64,000 nucleotides of DNA, taken from IMG/VR virus record IMGVR_UViG_3300037859_000002, positions 32,001 to 96,000 of that record. One strand, given 5' to 3'. The notes under the pieces were generated by a model. The model saw only the letters and a list, made by a program, of their open reading frames with translations, made no database searches and had not been told where the DNA came from. Position numbers and translations under genes: made by a program. Source of the stretch: a virus. Below are positions 16,828-22,728 of this stretch, piece by piece (the first letter of the stretch is position 1; every line of letters starts with the position of its first letter).

Positions 16828-17184
16828 GGCGGGTCGGTCAGGATGGTAGTCGAGCGCGCGCTTCAGCCGTGCGACCAGCGTACGTGGCTTGCTCTCGAGG
16901 CCGAACAGCGACTCGGACACCTGCTTTGTGATGCCAAAGAACACGGGTCCGATGGACTCGCTGCGGACTTCCTGTTCCCCGACAAAGGGGAACAACATGC
17001 GCCCGTCGTCGAACAGGTGGCGCAGCGTCAGTCCCTCGTTCTGCATCTCGGGCGTCATGGCCGCGTGGCCGATGATGCACCCGGGGCTGCCACAGAAGTC
17101 GGTCCAGCGGGTCATCACCAGCTGATCGGGCGGAATGCTCGCCGCCAGGTCGGTGACGAAGGCCAGCCTCTCGTAGGGTGTCAT
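16825..17184 (-). CDS. small CG(T/S)xxCxxGH-motif protein, paralog 3
   Basis: MTPYERLAFV...CGSPGCIIGHAAMTPEMQNEGL. Confidence 0.8.
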   Translation of the reverse strand: MTPYERLAFVTDLAASIPPDQLVMTRWTDFCGSPGCIIGHAAMTPEMQNEGLTLRHLFDDGRMLFPFVGEQEVRSESIGPVFFGITKQVSESLFGLESKPRTLVARLKRALDYHPDRPA

Positions 17185-17193
17185 GCGCGTGGT

Positions 17194-17262
17194 TCCTCTT
17201 CAGGCCCGCGGGATTGCGGGCAGAGCGGCCCCGCCGCGGTGCGACGGGGTGCTTTCGGATCA
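17194..17262 (-). ncRNA. type II hammerhead ribozyme
   Basis: TGATCC GAA A GC[hairpin]GC T C T GCCCGC AATCCC GCGGGC CTGAAGA GGA. Confidence 0.8.
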
Positions 17263-17463
17263 GTCTTCGGGAGGCGCCCTCACCACGGGATACGGGTAGC
17301 CCAGCGCGGTCATGACCCGTTCGTGGATCTCGCACGCGTGGTCCCGGTCTTCCTCGTTCCAGGTGGGGCGGCCCTGCCGGCGGCGCCGGCGGTGGGCCGC
17401 GTCGGTGCCCGCCGCGTGGGCGAGCCCGAGGGCCTCCTGGTAGCTGTCAGCGCGGATGGGCAT
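17260..17463 (-). CDS. small hypothetical protein
   Basis: YQEALGLAHAAGTDAAHRRRRRQGRPTWNEEDRDHAC. Confidence 0.65.
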   Translation of the reverse strand: MPIRADSYQEALGLAHAAGTDAAHRRRRRQGRPTWNEEDRDHACEIHERVMTALGYPYPVVRAPPED

Positions 17464-17752
17464 CGACGCCCTCGCCGTTGACGGCGTGGCCCACCAGGGT
17501 GCCGTAGCGGCGCCTGGTCGCGTGGGCCATCATGGCCAGGGCTTCGCGCACGCGGCGGGCATCGGCCGCGATCGACAGGAGCTCCGTTTCGGGCACCTGT
17601 TCGACCCCCTCGGGAAAGCGTTGCTGGATCTGCTCGGCGATGTCCTGCACGAGCCTGCAGCAGGCTTTCATCTGGGTGGCCACGGCGTTGCCCGAGGGCA
17701 TGGAGTCGAGCGCGAGCGTGAGCCAGTCGTCGGGCAGTTGGTGTTGAGGCAT
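17447..17752 (-). CDS. hypothetical protein (helical)
   Basis: 101-aa ORF after hammerhead 17758-17830. Confidence 0.7.
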   Translation of the reverse strand: MPQHQLPDDWLTLALDSMPSGNAVATQMKACCRLVQDIAEQIQQRFPEGVEQVPETELLSIAADARRVREALAMMAHATRRRYGTLVGHAVNGEGVDAHPR

Positions 17753-17757
17753 CTGGT

Positions 17758-17830
17758 TGATCCTCTTCAGTGCCGGCGATGGTGCCGGCCGAGCGTCCCC
17801 GCCGCGATGCGACGGGGCGCTTTCGGATCA
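17758..17830 (-). ncRNA. type II hammerhead ribozyme
   Basis: TGATCC GAA A GCG[hairpin]CGC T C G GCCGGC ACCATC GCCGGC A CTGAAGA GGATCA. Confidence 0.8.
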
Positions 17831-18208
17831 GGTTGTGACCGGCTCTTTCAAAAGCCGGTCGATCAGGGCCAGCTGCCGGTCCTTGGTCTGGTGCCGGGGC
17901 CGGGCATCATCGGAATAGAACAGCACGGTCCCGGCGTCGTTGCTGATGCCGAAGAACTCGGACAGGCCGATGTTGCCGACGGGGTTGCCGTTGACGGTCG
18001 GCGAAGGCCAGGGGCCATCGGTCAGCTCCAGGCCCTCGGCCTGGAGGACCGGATCCTGGGCACCGTGGCCCGCGATGCACGCGGTGGTGCCGCACTGTGA
18101 AACCCAGGCGCTCATGTGGATTGCTTGGGCCGGTGTGTTGGCGATGACCTTGCGCAGGCGGGCCAGCCGCTGTCGCGGCGTCAGGCCAACGGGTTCCGGG
18201 TCTGTCAT
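17828..18208 (-). CDS. small CG(T/S)xxCxxGH-motif protein, paralog 4
   Basis: TPRQRLARLRKVI...CGTTACIAGHGAQDPVLQAEGL...RQLALIDRLLKEPV. Confidence 0.8.
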   Translation of the reverse strand: MTDPEPVGLTPRQRLARLRKVIANTPAQAIHMSAWVSQCGTTACIAGHGAQDPVLQAEGLELTDGPWPSPTVNGNPVGNIGLSEFFGISNDAGTVLFYSDDARPRHQTKDRQLALIDRLLKEPVTT

Positions 18209-18214
18209 TGGTTT

Positions 18215-18284
18215 GCTCCTCTTCAGGCCCGCGGGATTGCGGGCGACCGCCCCGCCCCGGTGTGGGGCGGGGGGTTTCGTCAGC
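18215..18284 (-). ncRNA. type II hammerhead ribozyme (canonical, GUC)
   Basis: GCTGAC GAA A CC[hairpin]GG T C GCCCGC AATCCC GCGGGC CTGAAGA GGAGC. Confidence 0.8.
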
Positions 18285-18459
18285 GCGTCGTGGCCGTTTG
18301 CTGGGGCGCCATGGTGCGGACCAGTCGCTGGCGCAGGGCCTCGACCCTGTTCCAGGCCGTCCAGTCGGTGGCCTGGCTCTGGGTCGCCACCTGCTGACCG
18401 TAACTGGTCAGCGCCGTGATCAGCGTCAGCAGCTCGTCCTCGTCGAGGGCGATGTTCAT
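18280..18459 (-). CDS. small hypothetical protein
   Basis: MNIALDEDELL...; ATGA-coupled to the upstream ORF. Confidence 0.65.
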   Translation of the reverse strand: MNIALDEDELLTLITALTSYGQQVATQSQATDWTAWNRVEALRQRLVRTMAPQQTATTR

Positions 18460-18842
18460 GCGCGGGGCGCCGCCAGGTAGCGTGCGATCCGAACGGCCGA
18501 CTGCTCGTCCAGCCAGTCCAGGAGCTGGGCCTTCATCAGGTCCGCCACCGGGCCATCGTTGAGTTCGGGACGCTGCTCGCGCAGGCTTTCGGCCAAGCGG
18601 CGCCACGAGCTGGGCTGCAGGGTCAGGCCCTGCTCAGCGAGCGCGGCGCGAATGTCCGCGGTGCAAAGCAGGACGTGGCCCAGCCGGACCGCGAGTTCCT
18701 CGAGCAGGGCCCGGCCCTCCTCGATGGTGGGCTCGCGACCGAAGGTCGCGCACCAGATGCGCGCGCAGATTTCGGCGATGTCGGCCGCCCGATCGCGGAG
18801 CGTGCGCTCGGGCGCGGCCTCGAAGACGGATTGTTCCTCCAT
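18456..18842 (-). CDS. hypothetical protein
   Basis: MEEQSVFE...; GAGGA RBS. Confidence 0.7.
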   Translation of the reverse strand: MEEQSVFEAAPERTLRDRAADIAEICARIWCATFGREPTIEEGRALLEELAVRLGHVLLCTADIRAALAEQGLTLQPSSWRRLAESLREQRPELNDGPVADLMKAQLLDWLDEQSAVRIARYLAAPRA

Positions 18843-18854
18843 CGGAGTGGGTCC

Positions 18855-18919
18855 TCTCGTTTCGCGCCCACGAACCGGCGGGCGCTCGTCGGCGCCTCTC
18901 ACATGAGAGGCGAACGAGA
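18855..18919 (-). ncRNA. type III hammerhead-like element, U4C variant
   Basis: TCTCGT T CGCCTCTCA TG TGAGAGGCG CCGACGA GCGCCCG..TGGGCGC GAA ACGAGA. Confidence 0.75.
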
Positions 18920-18949
18920 TACACTTAAATGTGGTGAGCCGGGAGTCAA
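18920..18949 (-). promoter_or_regulatory. putative promoter (TTGACT -35) with operator-like CACATTTAAGTGTA
   Basis: directly downstream of a terminator and upstream of hammerhead 18855-18919. Confidence 0.55.
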
Positions 18950-18953
18950 ATGG

Positions 18954-18988
18954 AAAGGCCCCCCACCCGGAAAAGGGTAGGGGGCCTT
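18954..18988 (-). terminator. rho-independent terminator
   Basis: AAGGCCCCCTACCC TTTTCC GGGTGGGGGGCC TTT. Confidence 0.6.
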
Positions 18989-18999
18989 GCGCGCGAGGG

Positions 19000-19209
19000 T
19001 CAGGCGCGGCGCATCTGGCGCAGACCCTCGCGGGTCGACCTGGCGCCGCCGCAGATGGCCCGATGGGCCACCGCGGCTGCGGCTCTGGTGCGCCGAAGCA
19101 TCTCCTGCTCGTCGAGCTTGATCTCGCCGGTCAGGCTGTCCTGCAGGTCCTGCAGGGTATCGCGGGCCGCGGCCAGCGCATCGCGCACATAATCGGGCTG
19201 CTTGGGCAT
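19000..19209 (-). CDS. small hypothetical protein
   Basis: MPKQPDYVRDALAAARDTL...; AGGAG RBS. Confidence 0.65.
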   Translation of the reverse strand: MPKQPDYVRDALAAARDTLQDLQDSLTGEIKLDEQEMLRRTRAAAAVAHRAICGGARSTREGLRQMRRA

Positions 19210-19227
19210 GGTATGTGCTCCTGGCCC

Positions 19228-19328
19228 CGGCTGCCTCTTCGGCACAGGATGGGGGCCCACATCGCTGTGGATGCACGCCGCGGCTCCTTCCTCGCGGGAG
19301 GGGCGCGCGCGCGCATTTCGATCAGCCG
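19228..19328 (-). ncRNA. type II hammerhead-like element, U4C variant
   Basis: CGGCTGATC GAA A TGCGCGC[..]GCGTGCA T C CACAG[..]CTGTG CCGAAGA GGCAGCCG. Confidence 0.65.
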
Positions 19329-19561
19329 CGCTCGGTGCGCGCGGTCCGGCTCGGATCATCCGGATCTGCGGCTTCGAAGGCGCGGTGGTCATAGGTCGTG
19401 GTCTCGCCCTGCTCGAGGTCCCAGTCGACGCCAAACTCATCATCGGCGGCGATCCTGACCGCCTCTTCGACGGTGCGGGCCATGACGATGCCCGTGTGAC
19501 AGAGACACTGGTCGACATAGCGGTGGACCACGAATTCTCGCTCCGGTGGGTCGGCGCTCAT
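19322..19561 (-). CDS. small hypothetical protein
   Basis: ...VMARTVEEAVRIA... motif; GGAGG RBS. Confidence 0.7.
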   Translation of the reverse strand: MSADPPEREFVVHRYVDQCLCHTGIVMARTVEEAVRIAADDEFGVDWDLEQGETTTYDHRAFEAADPDDPSRTARTERG

Positions 19562-19573
19562 GCGCGCGTTCCT

Positions 19574-19629
19574 CCCTTTCGCCGGCGGCTGGCCGGCTCG
19601 TCAGCCCCCACCAGGTGGTGGGGAAAGGG
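19574..19629 (-). ncRNA. type III hammerhead ribozyme
   Basis: CCCT T TCCCCACCA CC TGGTGGGGG CTGACGA GCCGGC CAGCC GCCGGC GAA AGGG. Confidence 0.85.
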
Positions 19630-19653
19630 GCCGCCCCCCGCAGGGGGCGGTCG

Positions 19654-19896
19654 TCAGTCCCGTCGGTCGATCCAGTAGCGCGGCACCCGATGATCGGGTG
19701 GGAAGCCGAAGCTCCCATCCTGCTCGAGGGTGACCACGATGGTCTCGGGGGTCTCGATCGCGACGGTGTCGACCACGACGAGCTCGAACTGGAATGTCGT
19801 GTTCGTGCTGTCGGCGTCGGCGTAGCGGTCGCCCGCGAGGTCGATGACCGACCCCGGTGTGAGGTCGGCCACCCGAACCATTTCGGGCGCGATCAT
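19654..19896 (-). CDS. small beta-rich hypothetical protein
   Basis: MIAPEMVRVADLTPGSVIDL...GSFGFPPDHRV. Confidence 0.65.
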   Translation of the reverse strand: MIAPEMVRVADLTPGSVIDLAGDRYADADSTNTTFQFELVVVDTVAIETPETIVVTLEQDGSFGFPPDHRVPRYWIDRRD

Positions 19897-20153
19897 CCTG
19901 TGCGATCCCATCCTCCGGGATGGCCAGGACGTGGGGTGATCATCGTCACCCTGGGGCGTCGGCGCCGCCACTCGTGCAGCGCCAGCAGCCCGTAGAAGGT
20001 CGTGGCCGCGGCGCCTGTCGTCAGCGCCGCGGCCCACATGATCTGCTGCACCGTCGGGTCGTCCTCGAAGATGAGGAACACGCCGGTCGCGGCAAAGATC
20101 ACGCCGGCGACTCCGCTGATGCCCAGCAGGGCAAAGCCGAGAAGTCGGTACAT
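19893..20153 (-). CDS. small two-TM membrane protein
   Basis: two hydrophobic helices followed by RRRR. Confidence 0.7.
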   Translation of the reverse strand: MYRLLGFALLGISGVAGVIFAATGVFLIFEDDPTVQQIMWAAALTTGAAATTFYGLLALHEWRRRRPRVTMITPRPGHPGGWDRTG

Positions 20154-20161
20154 GGGTCGTT

Positions 20162-20219
20162 CCCTTTCGCCGGCATGCTGGCCGGCTCATCAGTCCGCCC
20201 CATCAGGGAGCGGAAAGGG
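20162..20219 (-). ncRNA. type III hammerhead ribozyme
   Basis: CCCT T TCCGC T CCC TGAT GGG GCGGA CTGATGA GCCGGC CAGCAT GCCGGC GAA AGGG. Confidence 0.85.
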
Positions 20220-20269
20220 CGACGCGCCCGCCCCAGCCTTGGGGCCAGAGCGGGCGCGCGTCGTTGGTT

Positions 20270-20497
20270 TCAGGCCGCCAGGGCTTCGTCAGAGGGCGGG
20301 GTCGCCCTGCTGGACTTGCGCCACTCGTAGACCGCACCTGCCACGCAGGTGACGGCCATCAGGGCGTTGACCGCGATGTTGAGGCCCGGTACCAACATGG
20401 TGCCCGCGCGCATCATCGGGAGCCAGGCAATGGCCAGGCCGGTGAAGCCCACCGCCGAAGCGGCGTAGATGCGGGCGTTCATTTTGTTGCTGGTCAT
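20270..20497 (-). CDS. small two-TM membrane protein
   Basis: MTSNKMNARIYAASAVGFTGLAIAWL... Confidence 0.7.
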   Translation of the reverse strand: MTSNKMNARIYAASAVGFTGLAIAWLPMMRAGTMLVPGLNIAVNALMAVTCVAGAVYEWRKSSRATPPSDEALAA

Positions 20498-20506
20498 GAT
20501 GTGTTC

Positions 20507-20561
20507 CCCTTTCGCCGCAGACTGGCGGCTCATCAGGCCCCACACGCTGTGGGGTCGAGGG
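20507..20561 (-). ncRNA. type III hammerhead ribozyme
   Basis: CCCT C GACCCCACA GCG TGTGGGGC CTGATGA GCCGC CAGTCT GCGGC GAA AGGG; near-copy of element 15921-15976. Confidence 0.85.
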
Positions 20562-20597
20562 TGGGTGCCCCCACACAGGGGGCACCCAACAGGAAGA

Positions 20598-20825
20598 TCA
20601 CGCGGCCTGCTCCAGGGCCTTGTCCTGGGGCTTGCCCAGGTAGCGGGCCGCCACGTTGGCGCCCACGGCGACAACGACGCCCCCGACCGCGATGGCGCCC
20701 AAAACGGGCGCCGTCATCGGAACCAGCGGCAGCAGCAGCACCGCCAACCGGTAGCCCGCCAGACCAGAGGTCAGCAGGCCCGCGGTCTCGGCCACGGCAG
20801 CGATCTTCTTCGTGTTGAAGGTCAT
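20598..20825 (-). CDS. small two-TM membrane protein
   Basis: MTFNTKKIAAVAETAGLL...; AGGAG RBS. Confidence 0.7.
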   Translation of the reverse strand: MTFNTKKIAAVAETAGLLTSGLAGYRLAVLLLPLVPMTAPVLGAIAVGGVVVAVGANVAARYLGKPQDKALEQAA

Positions 20826-20837
20826 CGGATCGATCTC

Positions 20838-20914
20838 CTGAGTGATGATGCGTTCGCCCCTTGCCAAAGGGGCCTCGTCAGCCGGGCTCATTGGCTACCC
20901 GGTCGCACACTCAG
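20838..20914 (-). ncRNA. type III hammerhead-like element, C15.1-G16.1 variant
   Basis: CTGAGTG TGCG A CCGGGT..GCCCGG CTGACGA G GCCCCTT TGGC AAGGGGC GAA CGCA TCAT CACTCAG. Confidence 0.6.
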
Positions 20915-21013
20915 AATCGTCGTTGACATACCGTATGTGGTGATTCTCCACATATATTCAACCACTTAGGCGCAGAAAAGCTCCGAAAATGCACCGAAAA
21001 TGGTCGATCCCAC

Positions 21014-21856
21014 ATGCCTAAGGGCCACCCGCCCTCCATCTGGGCCAGCATCCGCGCCGACTATGTCGCAGGCCTGGGCACGACCAACGACCTGGCCCGA
21101 ACCTATGGCGTCGACGCCTCGGGCATCCGCAAGCGCCGCATCCTCGAGGCCTGGCCCGAACCGGGCGAACGCATCGTAGACACCGCCCTCTACAGGACCA
21201 AATCCAAGCAGGGTGTGAAACCCGCAGATCAAGCCCCGCGCTCGCCAAAGCAGCAGGCCGGAACACATTTCACACCCGAGGGTGTGAAACCCATGGAACA
21301 CCCTGGAACACCCCCCCGGACGGGCGTGCTCCAGAAGCCCCGAACGCGAGAGCAGGCGCTGCTCATGGCCGCCGAACGCGAGTTCGTCCGAGACCTCGCC
21401 ATCATCGACGCCATCGCCCCCAAGGCGGCAGCCCTCATCGAAGACCACCTGGCCCGGACCGCCCAGCTCAAGCAGCACTTCACCCGGCTCCACACCCTCC
21501 TGGGCAACCTCATCCACGACGACCCCCAGAAGCGCGCGACCGCACAGGACGTGCTCGGCCAGGTGCCGCCCGAAACGGTGCTGAACACGATGCTCAACCT
21601 GGCCTCGTCGATCCAGCGGCTCGAGCGCCAGTCGCTGCAGCTCGACATGGGGCCCCGGCGCCTCGAGCTCACCGGCAAGGACGGGGCGCCGCTGCCCGCC
21701 ACCCAGGTCAACGTCGGTGTGGGCGTGAAGCTCGACGCCAAGACCATGACGACCGAGCAGCTGGCCGCCCTGGGCTCGGTCCTGGAGGCCGTGGACGGCC
21801 AGGCGCCGCGCACGGCGCTGAAGCGTCCGCCCCAGGGGCCGATGATTGAGGGCTGA
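21014..21856 (+). CDS. putative terminase small subunit
   Basis: N-terminal WASIRADYVAG...DLARTYGV...IRKR HTH; C-terminal RLELTGKDGAPL...MTTEQLAAL typical of TerS; upstream of TerL. Confidence 0.65.
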   Translation: MPKGHPPSIWASIRADYVAGLGTTNDLARTYGVDASGIRKRRILEAWPEPGERIVDTALYRTKSKQGVKPADQAPRSPKQQAGTHFTPEGVKPMEHPGTPPRTGVLQKPRTREQALLMAAEREFVRDLAIIDAIAPKAAALIEDHLARTAQLKQHFTRLHTLLGNLIHDDPQKRATAQDVLGQVPPETVLNTMLNLASSIQRLERQSLQLDMGPRRLELTGKDGAPLPATQVNVGVGVKLDAKTMTTEQLAALGSVLEAVDGQAPRTALKRPPQGPMIEG

Positions 21857-22026
21857 GCAGCGCCGGCCTTTCTTCGTGCGTCGGGCCCGTGGTAGAACGC
21901 GCGTCGCTACTGCCGAGGTCACGCTCGGCGTGAGTCCTGCGATGGCCTGGCCAGATCGGGCGGGGCGCTCCCCGCGGACATCGAGCACAGGGCGAACGGT
22001 GGAAGTAACGCCCCTCCAGTAGCCAC

Positions 22027-22055
22027 TTGCACGGCACATCGAAGTGTGAGATACG
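22027..22055 (+). promoter_or_regulatory. putative promoter of the RNA-gene cluster with operator CACATCGAAGTGTG in its spacer
   Basis: TTGCAC-N17-GATACG; palindrome at 22035-22048. Confidence 0.5.
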
Positions 22056-22068
22056 GTGCGGGCTGCTT

Positions 22069-22180
22069 GGCGATCAGGCCCGTTACTTTGGAAACTGTAG
22101 GTCGTCCGTTCAAATCGGACCAGCGGTCGCAAGGCTGCTGTAGCTCAGCCTGGTAGAGCAACGGTATGAAACGGACCGCC
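22069..22180 (+). ncRNA. yrlA: YrlA-like Y RNA (permuted tRNA-like domain)
   Basis: GGCG..CCGTTACTT..ACTGT AGGTC [T arm GTCCG TTCAAAT CGGAC] [acceptor-like CAGCGGTC GCAA GGCTGCTG] TA [D arm GCTC AGCCTGGTA GAGC] A ACGGT ATGA AACGG AC CGCC; order T-AS-D with ends paired. Confidence 0.7.
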
Positions 22181-22603
22181 CTAAATTCCGGCGGCAACTG
22201 CTAACCCATCCGGCCAGGGGTTGTGGCCGGGGACCGAGATGAGTGCCCCGCGAGGGGAGCCAAGCCCCCACAGGGGGCCGCCCGGTTGATCACCGGGCGC
22301 TCGGAGGAATTCAGTTCTGCGGTGGCCGGTACGAAGCGCGAGCAAAGAACCTCGTCGCCCCACGGGCAACCTTACAGTAGGGGCTGGCTACGCCCGGCAC
22401 ACGCAAGTGGGATGCCGGCAACGTCGCAAAGCCAGTTCGGCCGCCCGGGACGCCGGGGCGCTCGGCCGACGTGTTGGCCATCGCAGAAGCCAGCTGATTT
22501 GGGGTGGTGTTCTCGGCCCGCATTTCGTGGGCCAAAGCCTTGATAAAACGAGCGTATGTGCTGGTGCCCTTGAGCTGGTCTGGCCATCGCGGAAGCCTTC
22601 GGA

Positions 22604-22680
22604 TGCAGGGTAGAGCAGCCCGGTAGCTCGTCTGGCTCATAACCAGAAGGTCGCCCGTTCGAATCGGGCCTCTGCAACCA
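22604..22680 (+). tRNA. tRNA-Met (CAT), fMet-like D arm
   Basis: cloverleaf with TGCAGGG/CTCTGCA acceptor, TCTGG CT CAT AA CCAGA anticodon arm, TTCGAAT T loop and encoded CCA. Confidence 0.9.
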
Positions 22681-22728
22681 CCCCGGCTCGGATTGCCACA
22701 CACAAGCATAACGTGAGCGCAAGCCGCG

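Noticed and set aside
458-20914. Intergenic hairpins as simple rho-independent terminators or REP elements
   Set aside because: They lack U tracts and share single-stranded core nucleotides at fixed junction positions in three circular permutations; a secondary DNA-level role is not excluded
22080-22170. Conventional or split tRNA-Pro gene
   Set aside because: The halves are in permuted order and the acceptor stem is closed by a GCAA loop with no CCA end
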